From the NCBI GenBank assembly GCA_030428125.1, contig JAUIBF010000002.1, forward strand, positions 143,910-207,909: a stretch of DNA of 64,000 bases. Direction: 5' to 3'. Under the pieces are notes generated by a model. The model saw only the letters and a list, made by a program, of their open reading frames with translations, was not told the origin of the DNA and did no database searches. A program made the translations under genes and the position numbers. The DNA is from a bacterium. Lineage in GTDB: Bacteria; Patescibacteriota; Saccharimonadia; Saccharimonadales; SZUA-47. Positions 9,274-18,217 of this stretch are shown piece by piece; within the stretch, counting starts at the first letter, position 1, and each line of letters opens with the position of its first letter.

Positions 9274-10025
9274 ATCGGCTAGACAAGGAGATATATAATC
9301 GTAAGCTTGTAACCAGTCGTTCACAAGCAGAGAATTATATTAAACTAGGCGTTGTTACGGTAAACGGAAAGACTGTAACTAAGCCCGGGTTTTTGGTTTC
9401 TGAAGATGACAACATCAAACTTGCTAGTGAACAGTACGTCTCGCGGGCGGCTCTAAAGCTAGCATCTATAGCAAAGCAGTTCAGATTAGATTTCAAAGAT
9501 AAAGTAGTTCTTGACGTTGGCAGTAGTACCGGTGGGTTCACCGATTATGCGCTACAGCACGGAGCAAAAAAAGTTATCGCTGTAGATGTCGGTAAAGATC
9601 AGCTACATCCAACTTTGCACGGTGATAAAAGGATAGAGTTGCACGAAAAAACTGATATTCGTGATTTCAAAACATCAGAGCAAATAGACATAATGGTAGC
9701 TGATGTTTCCTTCATATCACTTACAAACATCCTGCCAAGTCTTCAAGCACTTTCCAATAAAAATACAGAGCTAATAATGATGTGCAAGCCACAGTTCGAG
9801 GCTGGGAAAGACCAGGTTAACAAAGGCGTGATCAAGAATAGTGCTACCAGACGCAAAGTGCTTAAAGGTTTTGAAAACTGGCTTAATCAGAATGGTTTTG
9901 TTACCAAAGATAAAGCTGACTCGCAAGTTGCCGGGGCTAAAGGAAACGTCGAACGCTTCTACAAATTATCGACTTCGTCTCATGAGGGGAGAGTATCTCC
10001 CTTCATCGTGCGGCGCATAAAATAA
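9270..10025 (+). CDS. tlyA: TlyA-family rRNA 2'-O-methyltransferase
   Basis: S4 domain, YVSRAALKL, DVGSSTGGFTD, DVSFISL, KPQFE, GNVE. Confidence 0.93.
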   Translation: MNRLDKEIYNRKLVTSRSQAENYIKLGVVTVNGKTVTKPGFLVSEDDNIKLASEQYVSRAALKLASIAKQFRLDFKDKVVLDVGSSTGGFTDYALQHGAKKVIAVDVGKDQLHPTLHGDKRIELHEKTDIRDFKTSEQIDIMVADVSFISLTNILPSLQALSNKNTELIMMCKPQFEAGKDQVNKGVIKNSATRRKVLKGFENWLNQNGFVTKDKADSQVAGAKGNVERFYKLSTSSHEGRVSPFIVRRIK

Positions 10026-10050
10026 ATTTGATGCTACGTCTACTCCCCTC
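9980..10050 (-). repeat. Two-hairpin dispersed repeat, copy E5, overlapping the tlyA 3' end
   Basis: Minus strand GAGTAGACGTAGCATCAAATTTATTTTATGCGCCGCACGATGA aligns with E1 GAGCAGACCGAGCGTCAAACTTGTTTTGCGCACGGCTCGATGA. Confidence 0.7.
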
Positions 10051-10093
10051 AGATACAAAGGCAGATGTGAAATTTTGCAAACTGAGCGAAGCG

Positions 10094-10741
10094 TTAAAGA
10101 ATTGCTTCTAGAGCTGGGATATTACAAAGTGCTATTTTCCCATCCACGTTTTTAATAAGCCCTTTTTTGCGTAAAGTATTTAGCTCTCGAGAAGTAGTCT
10201 CTCTTGTAGCATTAACGGAGCTTGCAATATCAGTTTGTCTGAATGGAGCCATAATTATTTGATTACCGTCTCGCTCAGTTCCAAACCGGTTTGCAGTTAC
10301 TAGCAAGAAAGATACAATTCTTTCCCTGGCAGTTCGATAGCTTAGGGTGATTACTCGCTCTGAATGTAGCCGGTAGGCCTCAATAGCCATATCCAGAATT
10401 ATCGGGTTTACGTCAGGGTTTTTTTCCAAAAAGTCTAGATAATCACTCTTAGACACTCGCCACATTGAAGTTTCTTCCATTGCTTCATAGCTAGCTTGTC
10501 GATGCTCACCCGTGAACGCCCAAATGAGTGGAAACACGCTTCCTGACCCTCGGACTAACATTAGATTTTCTTCTCCATATTTAGTAATCGTATATGCTTT
10601 TACAAAACCCCATTCAATTAGAAAAACGCCACTAGGTTCGTCTTCGGATCTGATAATTACTTCGCCTTTTTTGTACTGCATTCTGGTGTGCGAGTAGAAA
10701 AACGCTCGGATTTTATCTCGTTGTTGGTTATGTGTTTTCAT
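10094..10741 (-). CDS. Crp/Fnr family transcriptional regulator
   Basis: cNMP-binding-like N-terminal domain and C-terminal HTH QTDIASSVNATRETTSREL. Confidence 0.92.
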   Translation of the reverse strand: MKTHNQQRDKIRAFFYSHTRMQYKKGEVIIRSEDEPSGVFLIEWGFVKAYTITKYGEENLMLVRGSGSVFPLIWAFTGEHRQASYEAMEETSMWRVSKSDYLDFLEKNPDVNPIILDMAIEAYRLHSERVITLSYRTARERIVSFLLVTANRFGTERDGNQIIMAPFRQTDIASSVNATRETTSRELNTLRKKGLIKNVDGKIALCNIPALEAIL

Positions 10742-10782
10742 AATAACTATATTGTTTCAATATCACACAAAAAAAGCAACTA

Positions 10783-10798
10783 TGTAATTAACATCACA
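10783..10798. promoter_or_regulatory. CRP-box-like site in the divergent promoter region
   Basis: TGTAA-TTAACA-TCACA versus consensus TGTGA-N6-TCACA. Confidence 0.5.
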
Positions 10799-10883
10799 GA
10801 GGCGAGGTGCGCTTATTTACAGTTTTGCATAGTGATTTGCTATTAAATATAGTCGTAACGATGTCACGATAGGGAGGTGTATC

Positions 10884-11423
10884 ATGGTTGCTCAGAGGTC
10901 AATTAAAAGTCAGCTGTCTCGTCTAAAACTCCATTTTTGGTTTTTCGGAAGAGCAGAAATCAAGGAACTAAGGAAAATATTAGAACCCAGTGAAGTTATT
11001 CGTCATTGTGCACACGGATATTACCATGGGGGATCTGGACTTTTGGTCGCAACAAACAAACGCCTCATGCTAATCGATAAACGTCCCTTATACTTAAACT
11101 TTGAAGAGATGAAGTACGAATTAATTAGAAATGTTAGTTTTGATCAGAAATTCTTACAAGCTTCATTGATAATTCAGTCAGGGGCTAAGAAACTCCTCTT
11201 TAAAAGCGTAAGCGATGCGCACCTGAAGCAAATTCAACAGTATGTTAGTGATGAGATTAGCCTTGCCAAAAAGCACTTTGCCAAAGAATTAACCGAAAGC
11301 AAGCTAGCAAATCTTGGTAAAGCAAGTCTGCATCCAGCCTGGACGCCACATAATCCTATGCTAATGAAGCGGCGTAGACCTACTAAGTTTTATGCACCAT
11401 CACGGCTTGCACCACTCAGCTAA
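10884..11423 (+). CDS. Bacterial PH-domain protein
   Basis: GLLVATNKRLMLIDK resembles bacterial PH domains; GGGAGG ribosome binding site. Confidence 0.7.
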   Translation: MVAQRSIKSQLSRLKLHFWFFGRAEIKELRKILEPSEVIRHCAHGYYHGGSGLLVATNKRLMLIDKRPLYLNFEEMKYELIRNVSFDQKFLQASLIIQSGAKKLLFKSVSDAHLKQIQQYVSDEISLAKKHFAKELTESKLANLGKASLHPAWTPHNPMLMKRRRPTKFYAPSRLAPLS

Positions 11424-11456
11424 ATCATAGTCAACTATGCTACTCTTTAGTGGTAT

Positions 11457-12341
11457 ATGGCGTGGAAAAGACAAGATCCTACTAAATACAAAAAATCTCA
11501 GGTAGTCCTGACGGTCGTGTTGTTGATTCTGTTGATTGTGGCTTCTGTCGTTGCTTGGGTGCTGGTAAAAAACGACAAAACTGAAGTGGTAACAACTCCT
11601 ATAGAAGAACCGGTTGTCGAAGTAGAGGCACCAACTACAGAGCCGGAGCCCGATTTTGATGCAGTCGCACTTCAGTCGGCTGTGGATGAATGGGTTAACT
11701 CGACTTCGGGGACATCAAGTGTAGTAGTCGCCGATGAAAGTGGAGAGGTCTTGGCTGCTCACAATTCCGATCAGGTTTATTTTGCAGCTAGCTTGTATAA
11801 GCTTTTTGTTGCGTACGAAGGCTACCAGAGTTTGGATGAAATCGGTGAGGTGCCAGACACAAATTATTTGAACGGACAGACTAGGCAGGAATGTCTGGAT
11901 TTAATGATTCGTGATTCAGACAGCCCATGTGGCGAGAAGATGCTAGCAGAACTTGGAGGATTAGAGCTCACAAACAAATTACGTGAATACGGTATAACTA
12001 ACACTTCTATGACGAATATCTCTACCACTGCATACGACTCCATGAAAGTTCTATCACTGGTGTTGCTGGGAAGGGGATTGTCGGAAGATCATCAGGCCAA
12101 ATACTTGGAATCTATGCTGGTTCAAGATGATCTGTATCGTCGAGGTTTGCCAAGTGGCTTTTCTGACCAAGTATCGGTTTACAACAAAGTCGGTTGGAAT
12201 GAACAAAAAGAATGGCATGATGCTGCGATTGTCGAGAATCAAAATGGCGAAAGACTAATCGTAGTAGTCTTGACTGAAAATGTGGGCACCACAAAAATTA
12301 AAGAGTTAGCTGCTAGCGTAGAATCAGTGATTACTGAGTAG
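11457..12341 (+). CDS. Membrane-anchored serine hydrolase of the class A beta-lactamase / PBP-like fold
   Basis: N-terminal TM; SLYK (SxxK), SDS (SxN variant), NKVG (KTG variant), HDAAIV. Confidence 0.8.
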   Translation: MAWKRQDPTKYKKSQVVLTVVLLILLIVASVVAWVLVKNDKTEVVTTPIEEPVVEVEAPTTEPEPDFDAVALQSAVDEWVNSTSGTSSVVVADESGEVLAAHNSDQVYFAASLYKLFVAYEGYQSLDEIGEVPDTNYLNGQTRQECLDLMIRDSDSPCGEKMLAELGGLELTNKLREYGITNTSMTNISTTAYDSMKVLSLVLLGRGLSEDHQAKYLESMLVQDDLYRRGLPSGFSDQVSVYNKVGWNEQKEWHDAAIVENQNGERLIVVVLTENVGTTKIKELAASVESVITE

Positions 12342-12345
12342 GGTG

Positions 12346-12720
12346 TTACTTTTTGCCAATCTTACCCATGTGAGTTTCATGGAATGAGTGTTTGTGCTTC
12401 AAACCAAATCCGAGAGCTCTATCTATGGAAATATGAAAGGTCCAGCAGTAGCCAATAAGGGCTGTCAAGTCATGACTGAAAACAATTCCGAACACGATTA
12501 ACAAAGTAGGCACAGTATAGTTGTGCATGAAATTGTAGGTGTAGGCGCCGATTTTAGTGTTATATAGATAGCCAATAGCCCCAACATCAAATGCCAAAAA
12601 GGTTATTAGTAGCCACCACAAACTGTATGGAGATTCGTACGTTAGAACTATCATCAGCGTTGCAAGTGCGATAGCTTCTAGCTTTAATTGGGCTATAAAA
12701 TTCCTAAAATCCTTAGACAT
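12346..12720 (-). CDS. DUF4260-like membrane protein
   Basis: GAYTYNFMH and HISIDRALGFGLK...FHETHMG. Confidence 0.8.
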   Translation of the reverse strand: MSKDFRNFIAQLKLEAIALATLMIVLTYESPYSLWWLLITFLAFDVGAIGYLYNTKIGAYTYNFMHNYTVPTLLIVFGIVFSHDLTALIGYCWTFHISIDRALGFGLKHKHSFHETHMGKIGKK

Positions 12721-12755
12721 AAAATTATGTTATCAGATTTGGTTTGTAGCGATAA

Positions 12756-12832
12756 GGAAAAAGAGTAGCCAGCAGAGACGATTTATTCGGCTCTCCTGCG
12801 CGTTGAGAAAAAACGTAGTTTTGTCTCAAAAG
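12756..12832 (+). repeat. Two-hairpin dispersed repeat, copy E2
   Basis: GGAAAAAGAGTAGCC...GACGATTTATTCGGCT...TTGAGAAAAAACGTAGTTTTGTCTCAA; colinear with E3. Confidence 0.8.
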
Positions 12833-12840
12833 CGTCAGCG

Positions 12841-13926
12841 TCAAACATTAAACTTAAACTCCACCACATCACCTTCTTTCATGATGTAGGTTTTGCCCTC
12901 AGTTCGGACTTTGCCTGCAGCTTTTGCAGACGATTCAGATCCTGCTTCAACTAAGTCTTCATAGTTCACGATTTGCGCAGCGATGAACCCACGCTCGAAG
13001 TCGCCATGAATAACCCCTGCTGCTTGTGGTGCAGTTGAGCCTTGTTTGATAGTCCAGGCTCTTACCTCTTTCTCTCCAGCTGTTAGATAACTTTGCAAGC
13101 CAAGTAGGTCGTATGCAGAATGAATAACCTTGTGTAGTCCTGGCTCAGATTGTCCATAGCTTTCGAGCATTTCTAGTCGGTCACGTTCGTCTAATCCACG
13201 CAACTCGTCTTCTAGTTTTGCGCTTACAAACACTACTTTGGCAGGAGCCACAAGCTCGGTGAGTTCCTTTTGTTTTTCTGTATCGGAAAGTTGTTCATCA
13301 TCCAGATTAAACAGATATAAAACCGGCTTAGCGCTCATTAATTGGAGGTCTGATAAATGCTCTTTGTATTCATCCAGTAGTTCAGGATTCTTCCACAATG
13401 GCTTGCCGTTCTCTAGTTGAGATTTAATTTTGTTCAGCAAGTCCGCAACAACTTTAAGCTTTGGGTTCGCTCTAGATTCTTTTTCTAATTTTGGCAATCG
13501 CTTATCGACGGTCTGTATATCAGCTAAAACTAGCTCTGTCAGGATAATATCAATGTCGTGAGCAGGATCTTTAGAGCTATCACTGCGGAGAACATCCGGA
13601 TTATCGAATGCTCGCACTACCTGGCAGATCGCGTTACAACTTCGAATATGACTCAAGAACTGATTACCCAAACCTTCGCCTTGAGATGCGCCTTCAACTA
13701 GTCCTGCAATATCTACAAAAGTCACAGTAGCCGGGATTGCTTTTTGAGAGTTATACATCACGGAAAGTTTAGCTAGTCGTTCGTCAGGGACCGGAACAAT
13801 TCCGGTATTGGGTTCTATCGTGGCAAAAGGGTAATTAGCAGCTAAAATACTGCTGTCTGTTAAGGCGTTGAACAGAGTAGACTTACCAACATTAGGTAGT
13901 CCCACAATTCCTATAGATAAACTCAT
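12841..13926 (-). CDS. ychF: Redox-regulated ATPase YchF
   Basis: GIVGLPNVGKSTLFN, NYPFATIEPN, DIAGLV, C-terminal TGS domain. Confidence 0.97.
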   Translation of the reverse strand: MSLSIGIVGLPNVGKSTLFNALTDSSILAANYPFATIEPNTGIVPVPDERLAKLSVMYNSQKAIPATVTFVDIAGLVEGASQGEGLGNQFLSHIRSCNAICQVVRAFDNPDVLRSDSSKDPAHDIDIILTELVLADIQTVDKRLPKLEKESRANPKLKVVADLLNKIKSQLENGKPLWKNPELLDEYKEHLSDLQLMSAKPVLYLFNLDDEQLSDTEKQKELTELVAPAKVVFVSAKLEDELRGLDERDRLEMLESYGQSEPGLHKVIHSAYDLLGLQSYLTAGEKEVRAWTIKQGSTAPQAAGVIHGDFERGFIAAQIVNYEDLVEAGSESSAKAAGKVRTEGKTYIMKEGDVVEFKFNV

Positions 13927-13966
13927 ATGTGAATTTATTATAATTTACAGATACAGTTTCCTAAAA

Positions 13967-16018
13967 TTAGATTTTGAGCATTGCCCACATGGCTGAGCGC
14001 TGTGAGTACAATTCGTTGCTGCTCATTGTTGCGAGTTCAACCAGCAGAGTAGATATACCTTTTTTGTCTGCTAGCCAAGTTTCGAATTCGCCGGTGGTAG
14101 GATAGTCAAAAACACCATCTTCGTGTGCGTGGGTGTAGTGGTTAAAGCCACTATGACCAGAGTAAGTGGTTGCGAGATTATATGAATCACCGGCTCCGTT
14201 TGAAATTACTGTACGGGCTACTGCATGGTAGGTTAGTACTAACCGAGGCCCTAAGCTATCTATATAGCTAGCAAGGCTGGCTGATTCTGGCTGATCAAGT
14301 GGGGTTTTTCCACCCCCTTTTTCTAAGAAAATACCACCAGGCATATGCACACCAGTTACCCAGTCATTACTAGGAAAGTTACGATTTAAATCTATGTTGT
14401 TAGCATTTGTTCTAGACTGAACCTCATATCCATCCGGGTTTATATCAGGAATAATTACGACTGTCTTATCGCTAGGAATCTCATTAAATCTTCGTTCTAG
14501 TTCGTCAACGAATGCGATTAAAGTTCTGTATGAACTGCGTTCGTTGCCATGCATGCCACCAACGAACAAAATTTTTGTAGAACCAGAACCAAATCGGTAT
14601 GCAGTCAAGTCCCTGCCTTGAACACTTTTACCTACAGAAAAAACCTGTTTGCATGTAGTACGAGAGTTCATCTTCCATGCAGAACCACCCGTTATGCCAT
14701 ATTTATTCGCTAAGCCGTCCTTTAGGTTTACGGTAATAGGAGTGCAGGCCGGCAAGTTATTAGCTGGGTTAATCGAAACACTGCTTCCATGTGCAGATAT
14801 GCGCGCCTCAACCGGTCCATTTAAGCTTTGCAGAGTAATAAATTGTTGCAAGTCCTGCTTATCAGAAATCTCACTATCAAAACTGAGCACAATTGTGTGA
14901 CTAGGTGAGACGTTATATGAGCTAATACTAGCTTTGATAACTTGTGGACCCCCAGAAGTAGTGAATTCCAAAACGAAAGTTTCGGGCAGGTATGCTCCGT
15001 TTTCGGCGACTGACTCTGATACGGATACTTTAATTTCTCTCTGTCTAGGCAGCTCGTTAGAGAACTGAATGTTCAACCCTTGATCTGTGATAGTGGTTTC
15101 AGCTTCTAGTAACTCTTCACCGGCTCTAACTTCTACTTTTCCAGCCCGGGACAGTTTTTTATTTGCTATCAGATTTAATTGGGTTGGTTTGCTGTATATG
15201 ATCTGACCATTTTCTATACTGGAATCAGCGAACACCACGGGATCACGAAGAGTAATCGCTTCACTTAGTAAATCAGTAGAAGTACCCTTAAAGTTACGGG
15301 CTATAGTCATATGATACTTTTCACCCTGTTCAAGCTTAAATTCACTAAGTGGACAACTTACTTCCATGTCGTTAACGTTGCAGTCAACTACGGAGTCATT
15401 CACAGTAATCTTGTATAAAAAAGTTTTGTCTGGGGTATTAAGACGAAGAGTTATTCCGTCAACTGGAGATACAGGTTCTGATAAGTCCGAGGCTATTTCA
15501 AGTACCGGCAGTTCAGGGGTAGAAACCTCAATATTGCTCCCTAGTAATCCTGCAGCTTTCAGAGTAATATTCTGAGAATCATTACTCACAGGCATTTCGT
15601 TAATTGATATACAGCTGGTCGTTGAAAGCAGAGGATAGCCGTTAACTGTTAGTTTTGGATTTATATCAACCGAATAGCTGGTACTCGGTTGCTGGTTTAT
15701 TGCGTTAGGCAGCAGTACCGGGTTTATGAAACAGCTCTGTGATGCGTAGGAAATCATGGCTTGTTTTGGTAGTAGGAACAAGATTAAAAATGCAAGTAGT
15801 GGAAGGAGCACAACAGAGCAAGCAAAGGCCAGTTTTTTCCAGATGCTAATCGACTGCCAAGTGAGTCTAAGCCAAATCGCTTTAGAGTACCCACTTATCA
15901 GTAGTGTCCCCCCATGGTGTGCTCCTGCTAGGTGCAGATTACCGTCGGAATGAGACAACAGAACAGATAAACTATGAGGTAAGTGGAAAAGGGCAGTGTG
16001 CAGAATTGGTTTTGGCAT
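13967..16018 (-). CDS. Membrane-anchored M14 zinc carboxypeptidase (MpaA-like) with Ig-like domains
   Basis: GMHGNE, NPDG, RTNANNIDLNRNFP, TYH, LVEL; TM near the N-terminus; start uncertain. Confidence 0.82.
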   Translation of the reverse strand: MPKPILHTALFHLPHSLSVLLSHSDGNLHLAGAHHGGTLLISGYSKAIWLRLTWQSISIWKKLAFACSVVLLPLLAFLILFLLPKQAMISYASQSCFINPVLLPNAINQQPSTSYSVDINPKLTVNGYPLLSTTSCISINEMPVSNDSQNITLKAAGLLGSNIEVSTPELPVLEIASDLSEPVSPVDGITLRLNTPDKTFLYKITVNDSVVDCNVNDMEVSCPLSEFKLEQGEKYHMTIARNFKGTSTDLLSEAITLRDPVVFADSSIENGQIIYSKPTQLNLIANKKLSRAGKVEVRAGEELLEAETTITDQGLNIQFSNELPRQREIKVSVSESVAENGAYLPETFVLEFTTSGGPQVIKASISSYNVSPSHTIVLSFDSEISDKQDLQQFITLQSLNGPVEARISAHGSSVSINPANNLPACTPITVNLKDGLANKYGITGGSAWKMNSRTTCKQVFSVGKSVQGRDLTAYRFGSGSTKILFVGGMHGNERSSYRTLIAFVDELERRFNEIPSDKTVVIIPDINPDGYEVQSRTNANNIDLNRNFPSNDWVTGVHMPGGIFLEKGGGKTPLDQPESASLASYIDSLGPRLVLTYHAVARTVISNGAGDSYNLATTYSGHSGFNHYTHAHEDGVFDYPTTGEFETWLADKKGISTLLVELATMSSNELYSQRSAMWAMLKI

Positions 16019-16193
16019 TTTTTATTTTTGATTATTTACACCTTAAAATATAGCATAAAAATGCAGAAAAGTCAATATTATCCCACAGTCTACGAAAACC
16101 CCACGTATTAATTAGTTGGTTAGTTAAGAACAACCAGATGCCAGAGGTTACGTAGTTGAATAATACAATAAAATATGGTATATTATATGTATT

Positions 16194-17156
16194 ATGGATT
16201 TGAGAGAAGTGGGACCACGCATAGCTCTTGTAGCTGGTTTAAGTGCTGCTACGGCTGGTTGTGCTGCACAACTTGAGTCAGAAGCACCTAAGCCCAACGA
16301 AGAAGCTACGCTTTTAGTGGAGCAGACGATAGCAGAAACTGCTGTACCGACAACTGTCGAGGTTACTGCCGTGCCAACCACAACCATTCCGGAAACTACA
16401 ACTAGCTTAGAATCTACAACAACCACCTCTACAACAACTAGCTCTACCACAAGTACTTCTACGACTACCTCCACCACAACCATTCCGGAAACTACAACTA
16501 CAACAGAGTACATTCCGACCTGGGAAGACGAACATTTGATATCTAAAGAAGCGTTAGTGCAGGGTAACAAAATTGCAGATCTTGTAGCTGTTAATCCTGA
16601 CGGTGAAGTTTTGGTAAACATACCAATGTTTGCGGTAATGGATTTGAACAACAGAGAGGTAACGATACCACAACTGGAAAGAGGCGCGATACTTGAAGTA
16701 GCGGACCCAGATATCAATCCAGATATGATAGGACTAGATAACGGTACTCCAGAAATGAGTTTGCCAGGTGATCCTGGTGTATCAATTAGTTTTGGGCATA
16801 GGATGACTAGGATTACTCCAGATTTCGACGGTGATCAATCCAACGGTAACGAAGGTGCTATACAAAGGGTCTATGAACGAATTGATGAGCTACTCCCTGG
16901 TGCTGTCTTGACTTTACATCTTACAGAAGAAGCTGGCGGCAAGACCTTGACATACGAACTGCACAGCCTTAGGGAGCTAAAAAATTTTGAACTGGATGGT
17001 GGTGGCACTCTTGCTCAAACTGCATATGATTTAAGAGCAGGGGTGGGTATAGAAAATATAGATGAGTCTAGCTCGGTTTTAAGCTTAGTTGCTTGTAGCC
17101 CAAAGCGAAGCACAAGAGATAGAATCGTCGCTGATTTCATTCTAGTACAAAATTAG
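16194..17156 (+). CDS. Sortase-like protein with lipobox-like signal and Thr-rich stalk
   Basis: His (FGHR), Cys (LSLVACSP) and Arg (STRDRIV) in sortase order; TAGC lipobox-like motif. Confidence 0.72.
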   Translation: MDLREVGPRIALVAGLSAATAGCAAQLESEAPKPNEEATLLVEQTIAETAVPTTVEVTAVPTTTIPETTTSLESTTTTSTTTSSTTSTSTTTSTTTIPETTTTTEYIPTWEDEHLISKEALVQGNKIADLVAVNPDGEVLVNIPMFAVMDLNNREVTIPQLERGAILEVADPDINPDMIGLDNGTPEMSLPGDPGVSISFGHRMTRITPDFDGDQSNGNEGAIQRVYERIDELLPGAVLTLHLTEEAGGKTLTYELHSLRELKNFELDGGGTLAQTAYDLRAGVGIENIDESSSVLSLVACSPKRSTRDRIVADFILVQN

Positions 17157-17272
17157 ATGAGATTTATCACATTCATCTAAGTATGCTTATGGTTGACACT
17201 TGATGTCTTAATAGTCACAATAGCCATCAAACGGTGGTTAAAAGTTTATCATTAAGAAGTTAGGAGAATATT

Positions 17273-18049
17273 GTGGCAGATCCAATGGAAGCATCAGTAA
17301 CTCCGGTAAGCCAAACACCGGAACATAGAGGTCATTTTTATACAAGAGTAGTTGGGACACTCGCAGCAGCAACTTTAGGTATTGCCGGTGTTGCAGCCGT
17401 CAACGGTCAAAGAGGAGGTGCTGAAGAAGCAGCTTCACAGGAGACTGCTGATTTTTTCGCAGATATCGAAGCAATATGTGTTGACGGTAGCCCTATATTG
17501 TCCATAGACGTGACTCCAGATTCTATGAACTACCAAGTCGATATCAATGGCCAATTAGTCTATGTGTCTGACTTCTTTGAAAATGACCATGAGCTTCCGA
17601 TTGAGGAAGGTGATTTATGGCGCTTTTACAATGGTTCAATCGATAAATCAGGTGTGGTATCTGAAGATACTTGTCCAGATCCTACCACCACAACCATGGA
17701 ACCAACGACTACGACAACCGAAGCAGCTACCACAACTACTGAAGCAGCCACTACGACTACCGAAGCTTCTACTACAACTACCGAACCAACGACTACGACA
17801 ACAGAAGCTGTTACCACAACCACTGAAGCAGCCACTACGACTACCGAAGCTTCTACTACAACTACCGAACCAACGACTACGACAACAGAAGCTGTTACCA
17901 CAACCACTGAAGCAGCCACCACCACAACTACTGAAGCAGCCACTACGACTACCGAAGCTACCACAACAACCACAGCTGCCCCGACAACTACGGTAGCTCC
18001 TACTACAACTGCAACACCTAACACAGTTACACCACCACAAACGCCGTAA
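17273..18049 (+). CDS. Secreted or anchored Thr-rich mucin-like protein
   Basis: Hydrophobic N-terminal segment, small 2-Cys domain, then E(A/P)xTTTT heptad repeats; AGGAG ribosome binding site. Confidence 0.8.
   Translation: MADPMEASVTPVSQTPEHRGHFYTRVVGTLAAATLGIAGVAAVNGQRGGAEEAASQETADFFADIEAICVDGSPILSIDVTPDSMNYQVDINGQLVYVSDFFENDHELPIEEGDLWRFYNGSIDKSGVVSEDTCPDPTTTTMEPTTTTTEAATTTTEAATTTTEASTTTTEPTTTTTEAVTTTTEAATTTTEASTTTTEPTTTTTEAVTTTTEAATTTTTEAATTTTEATTTTTAAPTTTVAPTTTATPNTVTPPQTP
17698..17970 (+). repeat. Coding tandem repeat (21 bp unit, 84 bp higher-order period)
   Basis: cgaagcttctactacaactaccgaaccaacg occurs at 17761 and 17845. Confidence 0.85.
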
Positions 18050-18217
18050 TCGCGTGTGATAATAATCAAAATAATAGCTTTGTCCAAGGTGTTAGCTTTG
18101 TTTTGGTGCTTTAACAGAGGTGCTTATGCTTGTAACTTTTGCAATATTGTTGTAATATGATGTTAATCAAGACTGATTAACAATTAAGCAAGTGGCGCAA
18201 AGGAAGGTATATTTGCT

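Noticed and set aside
11457..12341. Antibiotic-resistance beta-lactamase
   Set aside because: The SDN and KTG motifs are altered and the protein is membrane-anchored; only the fold can be supported
17698..17970. Tandem repeats as a CRISPR array
   Set aside because: In-frame coding repeats with no unique spacers and no cas genes
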